Source: Geminicoccus sp. (GTDB lineage Bacteria > Pseudomonadota > Alphaproteobacteria > UBA7985). From it: a DNA stretch of 64,000 nt. Below are positions 19,273 to 31,278 of the stretch, one piece after another (position 1 is the first letter of the stretch; every line of letters starts with the position of its first letter). The notes below the pieces were generated by a model, which was given only the letters and a program-made list of their open reading frames with translations, did no database searches and had not been told where the DNA came from. The translations under genes were made by a program, and so were the position numbers. The stretch spans positions 10,548 to 74,547 of the forward strand of contig PAPT01000025.1 of assembly GCA_002708995.1 (NCBI GenBank), given 5' to 3'.

Positions 19273-21567
19273 TCAGGCGCGGCGGCGCGGTGACTTGCGC
19301 GGCCCAGCGACCTTGGCCAGCGGATCGAGCGGGGCGGATTTGGTCGCACTGAGGTCCTTTTCAGCCTCGCGGCGGGCGCGGTTGCGGCCCGCGGTCTTGC
19401 CCTCGGCCCGGGGCGCGCGCTCGGCTTCGGCGGCACGGTTTGACACCGCCCCACCCAGCCCCAGATCCGCCGCTTCCAAACGCTTGAGTTCATCGCGCAG
19501 GCGCGCGGCTTCCTCGAATTCGAGGTTGGCCGCGGCGTCCTTCATCCGGGTTTCCAGATCGGCCATGACCTCGCGCAGGTCCTTGCCGCCGGTGGTAATG
19601 AGGTCTTCATCACCCGTTCCGATGGTAACCCGGTCCTTCTCGTAGACCGAGTCGATGATCTCGCCGATGCGCTTTTTGATCGACGCCGGGGTGATGCCGT
19701 GCTCTTCGTTGTAGGCGAGCTGTTTGGCACGGCGGCGCTCGGTTTCGTCGAGGGCAGCCTGCATGCTCTTGGTAATTGTGTCGGCGTAGAGGACCACGCG
19801 GCCGTCGGCGTTCCGGGCGGCGCGGCCGATGGTTTGGATCAGCGACGTGGTCGAGCGCAGATAGCCTTCCTTGTCCGCATCGAGGATCGCTACCAGCGCG
19901 CACTCGGGAATATCGAGGCCCTCGCGCAGCAGGTTGATCCCGACCAGCACGTCGTAGACCCCCAGGCGCAGATCGCGGATGATCTCTATCCGCTCGAGCG
20001 TGTCGACGTCGGCGTGGATGTAGCGGACCTTGAGCCCTGCTTCATTGAGATAGTCGGTCAGGTCTTCGGCCATGCGCTTGGTCAGGGTGGTGACCAGCAC
20101 GCGATAGCCGGCGGCCACGGTCTCCTGGCACTCGGCGATCAGGTCGTCGACCTGGTTGTCCGTTGGCCGGATCAGACACGGCGGATCGAGCAGCCCGGTC
20201 GGGCGGATGACCTGCTCGGCGAAGACGCCGCCGGTGCGCTCGAGCTCCCAGGTGTTGGGCGTGGCGGAGACGTAGACCGTCTGCGGGCGCATGGCGTCCC
20301 ACTCTTCGAATTTGAGCGGGCGGTTGTCCTGACACGACGGCAGGCGGAAGCCGTAGTCGCTGAGCGTGACCTTGCGCGCGCGGTCGCCCTTGAACATGGC
20401 GCCGATCTGGGGGACCGACACGTGGCTTTCGTCGACGATGAGCAGGGCGTCTTCGGGCAGGTATTCGAACAGGGTCGGGGGCGGCTCGCCGGGCGCGCGT
20501 CCCGTCAGGTAGCGGCTGTAGTTCTCGATCCCGGCGCAGACACCGGTCGCCTCCATCATCTCCAGATCGAAAGTGCAGCGCTGCTGCAGGCGCTGGGCTT
20601 CGAGCAGCTTGCCCTCGCTCTCCAGCTCCTCGAGCCGCAGGCCAAGGTCGTTCTTGATTTGCTTGACCGCCTGCATGATCGTCGGCTTTGGGGTGACGTG
20701 GTGAGAGTTGGCGTAGAGGCGGGCCTTCTCCAACTCGGCCGTCTTCTCCCCGGTCAGGGGGTCGATTTCCCAGATGCCCTCGATTTCGTCACCGAAGAGC
20801 GACAGGCGCCAGGCGCGGTCCTCGAGGTGGGCTGGGAAGATCTCGATGGAATCGCCCCGGACGCGGAAGGTGCCGCGCTGGAAGCCGACGTCGTTGCGCC
20901 GGTACTGCAGCTCGACGAAGCGGCGCAGCATTTCCTTCTGGGGGATCTCGGCGCCGACTTCGAGCAGCATGGTCATGGCGGCGTAGGTCTCCGGTGCTCC
21001 CATGCCGTAGATGCAGGAAACCGACGCGACGATGATGACGTCGCGGCGCTCGAACAGGGCCCTGGTCGCCGAATGGCGCATGCGGTCGATCTGCTCGTTG
21101 ATGGTGGCTTCCTTGTCGATGTAGGTGTCTGAGCGCGGGACGTAGGCCTCGGGCTGGTAGTAGTCGTAGTAGGAGACGAAGTACTCGACCGCGTTGTTGG
21201 GGAAGAACTCCTTCATCTCACCGTAGAGCTGCGCGGCGAGGGTCTTGTTGTGGGCCATAATCAACGTCGGGCGCTGCAAGGTCTGGATGACGTGGGCCAT
21301 GGTGAAGGTCTTGCCCGAACCGGTGACGCCGAGCAGGACGCTGTCGCGATCGCCGTTGCCGAGGCCCTCGAGCAGATCACCGATGGCCTTTGGCTGATCG
21401 CCGGCGGGCTCGAAGTCCGAGACAATCTCCAGCGCCGGACTTGCATCCAGCGGCGTGCCGTCAACCGGGTGCAACCGCGGAGCGGGTTCAGCGCCGTCTG
21501 TGGTTTCCACGGCGGCTGCGCCGGCGGCGGCCTGGACGAGGGTTTCAGGGTCGATGAGGCCGGTCAT
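19273..21567 (-). CDS. uvrB: Excinuclease ABC subunit B
   Basis: UvrB helicase motifs ([16 protein letters not shown]). Basic C-terminal tail. Start at ATG 21567 (MTGLIDPE...). Confidence 0.95.
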   Translation of the reverse strand: MTGLIDPETLVQAAAGAAAVETTDGAEPAPRLHPVDGTPLDASPALEIVSDFEPAGDQPKAIGDLLEGLGNGDRDSVLLGVTGSGKTFTMAHVIQTLQRPTLIMAHNKTLAAQLYGEMKEFFPNNAVEYFVSYYDYYQPEAYVPRSDTYIDKEATINEQIDRMRHSATRALFERRDVIIVASVSCIYGMGAPETYAAMTMLLEVGAEIPQKEMLRRFVELQYRRNDVGFQRGTFRVRGDSIEIFPAHLEDRAWRLSLFGDEIEGIWEIDPLTGEKTAELEKARLYANSHHVTPKPTIMQAVKQIKNDLGLRLEELESEGKLLEAQRLQQRCTFDLEMMEATGVCAGIENYSRYLTGRAPGEPPPTLFEYLPEDALLIVDESHVSVPQIGAMFKGDRARKVTLSDYGFRLPSCQDNRPLKFEEWDAMRPQTVYVSATPNTWELERTGGVFAEQVIRPTGLLDPPCLIRPTDNQVDDLIAECQETVAAGYRVLVTTLTKRMAEDLTDYLNEAGLKVRYIHADVDTLERIEIIRDLRLGVYDVLVGINLLREGLDIPECALVAILDADKEGYLRSTTSLIQTIGRAARNADGRVVLYADTITKSMQAALDETERRRAKQLAYNEEHGITPASIKKRIGEIIDSVYEKDRVTIGTGDEDLITTGGKDLREVMADLETRMKDAAANLEFEEAARLRDELKRLEAADLGLGGAVSNRAAEAERAPRAEGKTAGRNRARREAEKDLSATKSAPLDPLAKVAGPRKSPRRRA

Positions 21568-21680
21568 GCAAATCCTTGGCTGGCGACAGAGTGGGCGGAG
21601 ACGGGCGGGGCGCTGTCCATGATGTACGCCGTCGGGCGACGCGCGCAAGGCGACAGGGTCATCGTGGGCTCAAGATTGCG

Positions 21681-21729
21681 CGACGCTTGGCCCCGCCGCG
21701 CTAAGCGCGGTCGGGGCAAGTCGGCGCAA
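21681..21729. repeat. Second, inverted copy of the REP-like imperfect palindrome seen at 15110-15158
   Basis: cgacgcttggccccgccgcgctaagcgcggtcggggcaagtcggcgcaa is the reverse complement of 15110-15158, differing by a single C. Confidence 0.8.
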
Positions 21730-21893
21730 CCACCCACGCCTCAGAAAATTTTGCACAACCGCAACTGCATATGCGTTATTGCATGCAACTCCCTTGAACC
21801 CGGGCTCTGACGCCCAAGGTCTAAAGCAAAGCAATCCCGCCCGCCCCGAGGTCATGCCGACCGCCACCGGGTTCAAACAAGGACAGGCGCACT

Positions 21894-22856
21894 GTGGATC
21901 TGATCATCGCTCTTGTCTTTCTGATCATCGGCCTCGGCGGGTTGAGCTTCGGAGCCGAGTTCCTGATCCGGGGGGCGGTCTCCATCTCGCACCTGATCGG
22001 CCTGTCGCCCTTTATCATCGGCCTGACCGTCGTCGCCTGGGGCACCAGCGCGCCCGAGGTCGTTGTCACAGTCGGCGCGGCCGTCAACGGGGTGCCGGAT
22101 GTCGCCGTCGGCAACGTCATCGGCTCCAACATCACCAACGTCCTGCTCATCGGTGGGGCCGCGGCACTCCTGCTGCCGCTCTGCTGCGCGCGGGCGACGA
22201 TTTCCCGGTCCGGCCTGATCCTGATCCTGGCGACCCTGTTCGTGCTGTTCCTGTCCTTCGGGCTGGAGGTGCTGCCGCGCTGGGCTGGACTGCTCATGCT
22301 CGGCGCCATGCTGGTGCAGACCATCGCCATCTTCATCGGGCAGGAGTCCCAGGCCGTCGAGGAAGCCACCAACCCCGGCTGGAACTGGGGTCTGTCTTCA
22401 GCCGCCCTGATCGGAGGGCTCACGACACTGATCGTTGGCGGTCAGATCTTCATCATCGGTGCCGTTGACCTCGCCGAGCAGATCGGCCTGCCCGAAGCGG
22501 TAATCGGCGCCACCATCGTCGCCATCGGCACCAGCCTGCCCGAGCTGTTCGCCTCGCTTGCCGCGGCGCGCCATGGGCATGGCCAGGTGGTCATCGGCAA
22601 CATCATCGGCTCCAACCTGACCAACATTCTACTGGTGCTCGGTCTGGTCGCGGTAATCTCCCCGTTGGATGTCCCCCCCGACCTGGTGCCGTGGACCCTG
22701 ATCCTGTTCGGGCTGACCTCGGGCGTGTTCATCGCGCTGCTGCTCGCCGGGCAGAAAATCGGGCACTGGATGGGGCTGGCGTTCCTGGTCGTGTTCGTTC
22801 TCTATATCCTGCAAATCCTCTCCGGTGGACTGGAGTTCTTCGATGTCGCATTCTAA
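21894..22856 (+). CDS. Calcium/sodium antiporter (CaCA family, YrbG-like)
   Basis: Two internal alpha-repeats (GTSAPEVVVTV / GTSLPELFASL). About 10 TM segments. GTG start. Confidence 0.85.
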   Translation: MDLIIALVFLIIGLGGLSFGAEFLIRGAVSISHLIGLSPFIIGLTVVAWGTSAPEVVVTVGAAVNGVPDVAVGNVIGSNITNVLLIGGAAALLLPLCCARATISRSGLILILATLFVLFLSFGLEVLPRWAGLLMLGAMLVQTIAIFIGQESQAVEEATNPGWNWGLSSAALIGGLTTLIVGGQIFIIGAVDLAEQIGLPEAVIGATIVAIGTSLPELFASLAAARHGHGQVVIGNIIGSNLTNILLVLGLVAVISPLDVPPDLVPWTLILFGLTSGVFIALLLAGQKIGHWMGLAFLVVFVLYILQILSGGLEFFDVAF

Positions 22857-23613
22857 GGCAGCCCTCATCACCGGCGCCTCGCACCGGATCGGCGCCGCCA
22901 TGGCCGAACACCTCGGCGCACAGGGCTGGTCGGTTGCCCTGCACTACCGCGGCAGCCGCGAAGGCGCCGAAGCCACCGCCGACCGCATCCGGCAGGCTGG
23001 GGGCCGTGCCGCGCTGGTGCAGGCTGATCTGGCCATCGAAGCCCAGGTCCGCCCGCTGGTCGACGCCGCCGCCGCCGCGCTGGACCAGCCCCTGAGCCTG
23101 CTGATCAACAATGCTTCGGCCTTCAGCTACGACAGCATCGAGACCAACGACCGCGACAGCTGGGACGCCCACATCGAACCGAACCTGCGCGCGCCGGTGG
23201 TGCTCAGCCAGGCCATGGCCGCGCAGTGCCCAGCGACGGGGGGCTGTATCATCAACCTGATCGACCAGCGGGTCTGGAACCTCACCGAGCACTTTCTGTC
23301 CTATACCGTCTCCAAGTACGCCCTTTGGGGACTGACCCGGCAGATGGCGCTGGGGCTGGCGGCCCGGAAAATCCGGGTCAACGGCATCGGCCCCGGGCCG
23401 ACCCTGCCCTCGCCGCGTCAGACCCAGGCCAACTTCGACGAGCAGGTGCTCGAGACCCCGCTGCAGATCGCCACGCCGCTGGCGGATATCTGCGCCGCCG
23501 TCGACCTGATCGTGAAGGCGCCGTCCATGACCGGCCAGATGATCGCGCTGGATGGCGGTCAGCACCTAAATTGGGCCGCACCTGCGCCAGACCGCCCTGC
23601 ACCGATCGAGTGA
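22843..23613 (+). CDS. SDR family oxidoreductase, pteridine-reductase/FolM-like (adjacent to folB)
   Basis: TGASHRIG cofactor motif and YxxxK (YTVSKYAL). The start overlaps the antiporter stop. The pterin-reductase assignment is inferred from genomic context. Confidence 0.75.
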   Translation: MSHSKAALITGASHRIGAAMAEHLGAQGWSVALHYRGSREGAEATADRIRQAGGRAALVQADLAIEAQVRPLVDAAAAALDQPLSLLINNASAFSYDSIETNDRDSWDAHIEPNLRAPVVLSQAMAAQCPATGGCIINLIDQRVWNLTEHFLSYTVSKYALWGLTRQMALGLAARKIRVNGIGPGPTLPSPRQTQANFDEQVLETPLQIATPLADICAAVDLIVKAPSMTGQMIALDGGQHLNWAAPAPDRPAPIE

Positions 23614-23622
23614 TCTCCTGCC

Positions 23623-23988
23623 ATGATTCGGAAACAGCGCAGCATCGCCGTCGAGAACCTGGTTGTCAGCGCCAGCATCGGCATATACCCGCACGAACAC
23701 GAGGCACCCCAGCGGGTGCGCCTGTCGTTCGACGCAGAGGTCGCCCTGCCCGACAGTCTGTCGGACGATTTTTCCAACGTTCTGAGCTATGAAGTGTTCG
23801 TCAACACCGCGCGCGCCATGATGCTCGAGGGCCATTTCAACCTGCTCGAGACCCTCGTGGACGAGCTGGCGGATCGGATTTTCAGCGATACCCGGATGAT
23901 CAGTCTGCGGGTCAAGGGCGAGAAGCTGGACGTGTTCGAAGACGCCGAGAGCGCGTCCGTGACTTTGACCCTGAGTCGCGAACCTTAA
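23623..23988 (+). CDS. folB: Dihydroneopterin aldolase
   Basis: 121 aa with the FolB pattern (VENLVVSASIGIYPHE ... LLETL). Confidence 0.85.
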   Translation: MIRKQRSIAVENLVVSASIGIYPHEHEAPQRVRLSFDAEVALPDSLSDDFSNVLSYEVFVNTARAMMLEGHFNLLETLVDELADRIFSDTRMISLRVKGEKLDVFEDAESASVTLTLSREP

Positions 23989-24401
23989 AGCCGCGATCTA
24001 AAGCACTGAATTCCTTAGCCTTGCTTCAGCTGCGGGTGGAAAGTCGGTAGTTGGTGGGATTGTCTACAACCTCACGTCTTCCATCAGGCGACCCTTGAGT
24101 CTCACCTGCCGCGCGCCTGATCTGCCGAGGACTGCACCAAAGCCGGTCAAATCCATAGTACTTTCAGAGACTTAGGCGGTATGCCAGAATATCGCAGTTT
24201 TTTCGGCAAACGCGACCAAACCGTTGAAATCAGGTTAAAACATGGTGGGGCGCTGGTTTTATAGACAGACTTATCCACATGCAGAACCGGCCACCTTGGC
24301 CGCCCTTACAATCGAGATCGAAACGCGATACCACAGGCCTTATGCGACGCGGTAAAACCCATCAGGAATCCGACAGCAGCGCGGGCGGCAAGCGCGCCGC
24401 C

Positions 24402-26360
24402 ATGCTCGCGGACGAAACCGCGGTGGTGTCCCTGCGCGAAGAAGACGCCGACTATCAGGGTCAGACCGCGGTCCTGCCCGGCGCCCAGCCGACCAGCCCC
24501 GACCTCAACGGCAGCGACCTCCAGCACGGTCTCGGGGTGCTCCGGGACGGCGTCCGCACCCTGAGCGCCTCCCCCGGGGTCTACCGCATGCTCGACCGAC
24601 GGGGCGACCCGATCTACGTCGGCAAGGCCCGCAACCTGCGTCGGCGGGTCACCAACTATATCCAGCTCGATCGCCTGCCCAACCGCCTGCGCCGGATGGT
24701 GGCCGAGACCAAGGCGCTGGAGATCGTGGTCACCAACAGCGAGGTCGAAGCCCTGCTGCTGGAATCCAACCTGATCAAGCGGTTCCAGCCGAGGTACAAC
24801 GTGCTGCTGCGCGACGACAAGTCCTTCCCCTACATCATGCTCACCGGCGAGCACGACTTCGCCCGGATCACCAAGCATCGCGGCGCGCACAAGCGCAAGG
24901 GCGACTACTTCGGCCCCTTTGCCAGCGCCAAGTCGGTCAACCGCACCGTCACCGCGCTGGAAAAGGCGTTCCTGCTCCGCTCCTGCTCGGACAACGTGTT
25001 CGAGAACCGTGACCGGCCTTGCCTGCTCTACCAGATCAAGCGCTGCTCGGCGCCCTGCGTGGGCAAGATCGACAAGGCCGGCTACGACGAACTGGTGCGC
25101 GAGGCCAAGGCCTTCCTGTTCGGCGAGAGCCGCGCGGTGCAGGAGGAACTGGCCGCCAGCATGCAGGACGCGGCAGAAAACCTGCAGTTCGAGCGCGCGG
25201 CCAAGCTCCGCGACCGACTGCGGGCGCTGAGCGCCGTGCAGGCGCACCAGGACGTCAACATGCAGGGTGAAATCGACGACGCCGACATCATCGCAGCCTT
25301 CGACGGTAGCGGCCAGATCTGCGTGCAGGTGTTCTTCTATCGGGCCGGGCGAAACTACGGCAACCGTGCCTATTTCCCCCGCCACGACCGCAAGCAGACG
25401 GTTGCGGATGTGCTGGGCAGCTTCATCGGCCAATTCTACGCGGACAAGCCGGTGCCTCGACAGATCCTCGTCAGCCACGACCCCGATGAGGCCGACCTGC
25501 TCGCCGAAGCCCTGAGCCACAAGGCCGAGCGCAAGGTCCGGCTCAACCGCCCGCAGCGCGGCCCCAAGCGGGACGTGGTCGCCAACGCGGTCCGCAACGC
25601 CCGCGAAGCACTGGAGCGGCGGCAAGCTGAATCCTCGACCCAGCGCAAGCTGCTCGACGGGATCGCCGAAGCCTTCGGCCTACCCGCGGCACCCGAGCGC
25701 ATCGAGGTCTACGACAACTCCCATATCCAGGGCGCCAACGCCGTCGGTGCCATGGTGGTCGCCGGTCCCGAGGGATTCCAGAAAAACAGCTACCGCAAGT
25801 TCAACATCCGCCGCGACGGCGCGCCGGGCGACGACTACGCGATGATGCGCGAGGTCTTCAGCCGCCGCTTTTCCCGGGCGCTGAAGGAAGACCCGGACCG
25901 CGATCAGGGGCAATGGCCCGACCTGGTGCTAATCGACGGTGGCAAGGGCCAGCTTTCGGCCGTGCGCGAAACCCTGACCGAGCTGGGCATCGACGACGTA
26001 CCGCTGGTGGCCATCGCCAAGGGCCCCGACCGCAACGCCGGGCGCGAGCAGTTCTTCCTGCCCGACCAACCTGCCTTCCAGATGCCGGAGCGCGATCCTG
26101 TGCTGTTCTACCTGCAGCGCCTGCGCGACGAGGTCCACCGCTTTGCCATTGGCACCCACCGCGCCAAGCGGTCGGCAGCGATCAAGAAGAGCCCGCTGGA
26201 CGACGTGCCGGGCATCGGACCGCGGCGGAAGAAGGCGCTGCTGCTGCACTTCGGCTCAGCGCGTTCGGTCTCCCGCGCCAGCGTCGCTGACCTGCTGACC
26301 GTCGAGGGCATCTCCGAGGCGGTGGCGCAGAAAATCTACGACCACTTTCACCAGGAATGA
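24402..26360 (+). CDS. uvrC: Excinuclease ABC subunit C
   Basis: GIY-YIG ([26 protein letters not shown]), UvrBC-binding, RNaseH-like and HhH domains. The start is uncertain: in-frame ATGs at 24279, 24342 and 24402, none with a clear RBS. Confidence 0.9.
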   Translation: MLADETAVVSLREEDADYQGQTAVLPGAQPTSPDLNGSDLQHGLGVLRDGVRTLSASPGVYRMLDRRGDPIYVGKARNLRRRVTNYIQLDRLPNRLRRMVAETKALEIVVTNSEVEALLLESNLIKRFQPRYNVLLRDDKSFPYIMLTGEHDFARITKHRGAHKRKGDYFGPFASAKSVNRTVTALEKAFLLRSCSDNVFENRDRPCLLYQIKRCSAPCVGKIDKAGYDELVREAKAFLFGESRAVQEELAASMQDAAENLQFERAAKLRDRLRALSAVQAHQDVNMQGEIDDADIIAAFDGSGQICVQVFFYRAGRNYGNRAYFPRHDRKQTVADVLGSFIGQFYADKPVPRQILVSHDPDEADLLAEALSHKAERKVRLNRPQRGPKRDVVANAVRNAREALERRQAESSTQRKLLDGIAEAFGLPAAPERIEVYDNSHIQGANAVGAMVVAGPEGFQKNSYRKFNIRRDGAPGDDYAMMREVFSRRFSRALKEDPDRDQGQWPDLVLIDGGKGQLSAVRETLTELGIDDVPLVAIAKGPDRNAGREQFFLPDQPAFQMPERDPVLFYLQRLRDEVHRFAIGTHRAKRSAAIKKSPLDDVPGIGPRRKKALLLHFGSARSVSRASVADLLTVEGISEAVAQKIYDHFHQE

Positions 26361-26956
26361 CCCCAGCGATGCAGCACGTCCCCAACGCCCTGACGCTTTT
26401 GCGTCTGCTGATTGCCCCGGTGATCGGGGCGCTGCTGCTGCTGGTCGCGCTCGGGGGTTGGGCGCCGGCGCTGTGGCTGCCGGTGGCGCTGGGGTTGTTT
26501 CTGCTCGCCTGCCTCACCGATCTTGCCGACGGCGTGTTGGCGCGGCGCTTGTCGGTAGAGGGCGCGGCGGGGGCTGTGCTCGACCCAGTGGCTGACAAGC
26601 TGCTGATGCTGTGCACGGGGCTAGGGCTGGTGGTGCTGGTGCCGGATCTGGCGCTGGCGGGGGCGGTCCTGCTCATGCTCGGGCGGGATCTGGCCGTCGG
26701 TGGTCTGCGTGAACTGGCACTGAGCCGGGGCCGTCGCCTGCCTGTGGCCGGACTGGGAAAGGCCAAGACCGTGCTGCAGTGCATGGCCTTTGCCGCTGGA
26801 CTGGCACAAGCGGCATTGACGGTGCGGGGCGCCAATGTCATGCCGGGGGGATTGATCCTCGCCCTGTTCTGGCTTGCGGCTGTGGTCAGCCTTGCCAGCG
26901 CGATCGCGTACGCGCGCGGATACCGGGACGGAGCCTCAGTCAGGCACGATGACTAG
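26357..26956 (+). CDS. pgsA: CDP-diacylglycerol--glycerol-3-phosphate 3-phosphatidyltransferase
   Basis: CDP-alcohol phosphatidyltransferase motif DLADGVLAR...[14 protein letters not shown] overlap with uvrC stop (conserved uvrC-pgsA pair). Confidence 0.85.
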   Translation: MTPAMQHVPNALTLLRLLIAPVIGALLLLVALGGWAPALWLPVALGLFLLACLTDLADGVLARRLSVEGAAGAVLDPVADKLLMLCTGLGLVVLVPDLALAGAVLLMLGRDLAVGGLRELALSRGRRLPVAGLGKAKTVLQCMAFAAGLAQAALTVRGANVMPGGLILALFWLAAVVSLASAIAYARGYRDGASVRHDD

Positions 26957-27034
26957 ACGGTCTTGCCCCACGGCCGAACGCCGCAGGAGCAAGGGCCTCC
27001 GGAAGTCGGTCTGAAACCTCAGTGAGTGAGTCGC

Positions 27035-27910
27035 TCAGAGACCGCGGACGTGGTTGTGGTAGTCGGTCAGCAGATCGCGGGTTACTTCACCAACCTGATA
27101 GTTGATGTCGCCGATCTGGTTGATCGGGGTGACTTCCGCCGCCGTACCCACGATGAATACTTCCTGCATCTCGGCCAGTTCCTCGGGCAGGATGTGGCGC
27201 TCGATCACCTCGATGCCCTTGACCCGGGCGCGTTCCATTAACGTCTGCCGGGTAATGCCGTCGAGGAAGCAGTCCGGGGTCGGGGTGTGCAGCGCGCCAT
27301 CCTTGACGAAGAAAATGTTGGCACCCGTGCACTCAGCGACGTAGCCGCGCCAGTCGAGCATGATCGCATCGTTGAAGCCCTGCGCCTCGGCCTCGTGCTT
27401 GGAGACAGTACAGATCATGTACAGCCCCGCCGCCTTGGCGTGGACCGGTGCACACTCGGGCGAGGGCCGCTTGTACTTTGCCCACTGCAGCTTGATCCCG
27501 GCCATGCGGGCTTCGGGGTCGAAGTAGGAGCCCATGTCCCAGCAAATGACCGCGACGTGGGTCGTGGTCTGCTGGGCCGAGATCGCCATCATTTCCGACC
27601 CGCGCCAGGCGACCGGGCGGACGTAGGCGTCGGTGAAGCCCTGCGCCTCGAGCGAGGTGTAGGCCGCATCATAGAGTTCCTTGTTGGAATAGCCGATGTC
27701 CATGCCGAGGATTTCGGCCGACTTGAACAGCCGGTCGGTGTGTTCCTGGTGCTTGAATATCTTGCCCCCGTAGGCGCGCTCGCCCTCGAACACACAGGAC
27801 CCGTAGTGCAGCCCGTGAGAGAGGATGTGCAGCCGCCCTTCATCCCAATCGACCATTTCACCGTTGTACCAGAGCTTGCCGCCAAGCTTATCGAAGGGAA
27901 TGCTAGCCAT
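27035..27910 (-). CDS. ilvE: Branched-chain amino acid aminotransferase
   Basis: Class IV aminotransferase signatures (ECTGANIFFVKDGALHTP, VGTAAEVTPI). Start at ATG 27910. Confidence 0.9.
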   Translation of the reverse strand: MASIPFDKLGGKLWYNGEMVDWDEGRLHILSHGLHYGSCVFEGERAYGGKIFKHQEHTDRLFKSAEILGMDIGYSNKELYDAAYTSLEAQGFTDAYVRPVAWRGSEMMAISAQQTTTHVAVICWDMGSYFDPEARMAGIKLQWAKYKRPSPECAPVHAKAAGLYMICTVSKHEAEAQGFNDAIMLDWRGYVAECTGANIFFVKDGALHTPTPDCFLDGITRQTLMERARVKGIEVIERHILPEELAEMQEVFIVGTAAEVTPINQIGDINYQVGEVTRDLLTDYHNHVRGL

Positions 27911-28033
27911 ACTGAGGACTCCACTTTGGCCGAGGCACCACCATCGGCGCCTCTTTCGCGGATAACGGGGGGCTGGATTTATGTCAACAGTCCTGACATA
28001 TTTTGCCAAGCTTAACGAGTACTGGACCCGAGC

Positions 28034-28555
28034 TTGTCTGATAACCCGCCCGACGCCGACGCCCCGACTGCGTCCGACAGCCCCCGGCGCGCGGCGTCAC
28101 TGGACTCGGCGGCCAACGAAGCCATCGAACTGATGTTCTTCGCCTACCGCGACTTTACCGATGTCGCCGACCGCATCCTCGAGCAGCACGACCTGGGGCG
28201 GGCCCACCACCGGGCGCTCTATTTCGTCGGTACGGGGCAGGATGTCACTGTCGGCCATCTGCTCGATACCCTCAATATCACCAAGCAGAGCCTGGCGCGG
28301 GTTTTGCGCCGCCTGATCGATCTGGGTCTGGTGGTGCAGGAAGTGGGCGCGGTCGACCGTCGACAGCGGCTGCTGCGGCTGTCGGGGGAGGGTGACGCGC
28401 TGCTGCAGGAACTGATCGAGGCGCAGCGCCGGTTGCTGCGCGAGGCTTTCACCGAAGCCGGAACCGAGCGGCTCGAAGGCTTCAGACGCGTGATGCTGGC
28501 GATCATGAATGAAGAAGACAGCGCCCGGTTCAACCGCCGCAAGCGCTTGCGCTGA
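28034..28555 (+). CDS. MarR family transcriptional regulator
   Basis: Winged-helix region (VGHLLDTLNITKQSLARVLRRLIDLGLVVQ). Divergent from ilvE. TTG start at 28034. An internal ATG at 28130 is possible. Confidence 0.7.
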   Translation: MSDNPPDADAPTASDSPRRAASLDSAANEAIELMFFAYRDFTDVADRILEQHDLGRAHHRALYFVGTGQDVTVGHLLDTLNITKQSLARVLRRLIDLGLVVQEVGAVDRRQRLLRLSGEGDALLQELIEAQRRLLREAFTEAGTERLEGFRRVMLAIMNEEDSARFNRRKRLR

Positions 28556-28613
28556 AAAGGCAGGCTCAGGCCGGGATCAGCTTAGCAACCTGCCGGTTGC
28601 CCGCTTCACCCAG

Positions 28614-29861
<1,248 letters not shown>

Positions 29862-29989
29862 TTAGCGCCAAAGGCTTCCCCCGCAAGCGGTGGTTGCCGT
29901 CGCACAGCCCTGCGTGCTACGGCCAGCCCTCGATTCCACACCTGGTGCGGTTCACACCGTTTGACTTCGGGGCGTCAGACTGCCATTTC

Positions 29990-30088
29990 AGGCGGGTCTG
30001 GGGTGCCGCCAGGTTCATTCCGTGCCAGCGGCTGAGATCATACCCATCGAACCGGATCTGGATCATGCCAGCGGAGGGAGACCCATCA
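29990..30088 (+). promoter_or_regulatory. TPP (THI-box) riboswitch
   Basis: Conserved elements in order: CUGGGGUGCC ... GCUGAGA ... ACCC ... GAACCGGAUCUGGAUCAUGCCAGCGGAGGGA. P1 halves gggtc/gaccc flank the element. It ends 2 nt before the ATG of the downstream gene, so the start site is embedded in the aptamer. Confidence 0.9.
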
Positions 30089-30090
30089 TC

Positions 30091-31194
30091 ATGAAACACA
30101 GCCGCCGTCGCTTTCTCAAGCAAGCCGCCCTTCGTGTCGGAACCGGGGCCAGCGCCGTTGCCGCCGCTGCAGCCAGTGGCGCCGTCGCAGCAGCGGGGCT
30201 CGGCCTCGCCACCCCGGCAATCGCGCAGGGCCTGCAACGCTGGCATCTGGTCACGTCGTGGGCAAAGGGCAGCGCCGGCCCGGGCACCACGGCCGACCGC
30301 CTCGCTGCGCGGATTACCGCGGCCACCGACGGTAAAGTCGACGTGCGCGTGCTGGGCGCGGGCGAGCTGACCTCGCCCTTCGGCGTGCTCGACGCGGTCA
30401 TCGATGGTGCAGCAGAAATGGCGCACACGGCCTCGTTCTTCTGGGCGGGACGGGCGCCTGCGGCGAGCTACTTCACTACCATGCCCTTCGGCCTGTCGCC
30501 GCAGGCGCACAGCGCTTGGGTCCGCTTCGGCGGTGGGCAGGCGCTCTGGGACGAGACCTACGCCCCGCTCGAGGTCAAGCCGCTGATGGCCGGAAACTCG
30601 GGGGCCAACATGGCAGGCTGGTTCAAGGCGCCGCTGCAGTCGCTGGCCTCGCTCAGCGGGGCTAAGATCCGCACCGCCGGGCTGGGCGGTGAAATCTACC
30701 GCCGGCTGGGGGCGACCACCGTGACCCTGCCCCCGACCGAGATTTTCGGCGCCCTACAAACCGGTGTCATCGACGCCGTCGAGTTCCTCGGGCCGTTCTC
30801 CGACCGCAGCCTCGGTTTCGATCAGGTCGCGGACCACTACTACTTCCCCGGCTTCAACAAACCCAACGGCACGGCTGAAGCCCTGATCAACGCCAACCTC
30901 TGGGCCAGCCTTAGCGACGACCTGCGCGCGGCGGTCCAGAATGCCTGCGACGCCGAAAACGACGCCGGACTGGCCGAAGCAACCTGGTTCAATGCGCAGG
31001 CACTCGCCGCCCTGCGCGCAGGCAGCACCCGCATCGAAGCCCTGCCCGACGACATTGTCGAGGCTGCCCGCGCGGCCTCGGTCGAAGTGCTGGCTGACTA
31101 CGCCGACAAGGATGCCATGACCCGCCGGGTCGACACGTCCTACCGCACCGCCCTGGAAGCACTGTCGGGTTGGGAGCGCCTTTATCAGGGCTGA
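30091..31194 (+). CDS. TRAP transporter solute-binding protein (DctP family), Tat signal (SRRRFLKQAAL). No adjacent DctQ/DctM.
   Basis: 367 aa. Twin-arginine signal. DctP-like length and motif distribution. Directly controlled by the upstream TPP riboswitch and followed by thiM-thiE. Confidence 0.6.
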   Translation: MKHSRRRFLKQAALRVGTGASAVAAAAASGAVAAAGLGLATPAIAQGLQRWHLVTSWAKGSAGPGTTADRLAARITAATDGKVDVRVLGAGELTSPFGVLDAVIDGAAEMAHTASFFWAGRAPAASYFTTMPFGLSPQAHSAWVRFGGGQALWDETYAPLEVKPLMAGNSGANMAGWFKAPLQSLASLSGAKIRTAGLGGEIYRRLGATTVTLPPTEIFGALQTGVIDAVEFLGPFSDRSLGFDQVADHYYFPGFNKPNGTAEALINANLWASLSDDLRAAVQNACDAENDAGLAEATWFNAQALAALRAGSTRIEALPDDIVEAARAASVEVLADYADKDAMTRRVDTSYRTALEALSGWERLYQG

Positions 31195-31278
31195 ACCCGG
31201 GGACAAGCCTTGGCGCACGAGAGGGCAGGCCAAGCCGAACCGGGCGCTAACCAGAGATGAACGAGGGATGAACCGCTG

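Noticed and set aside
24200-24260. Possible LexA/SOS box upstream of uvrC (ccgttgaaatcaggttaaaac)
   Set aside because: Does not match the alphaproteobacterial GTTC-N7-GTTC direct-repeat consensus (GTTGAAATCAGGTT has GTT/GTT but the wrong fourth base and spacing). Kept only as part of the long-leader finding.
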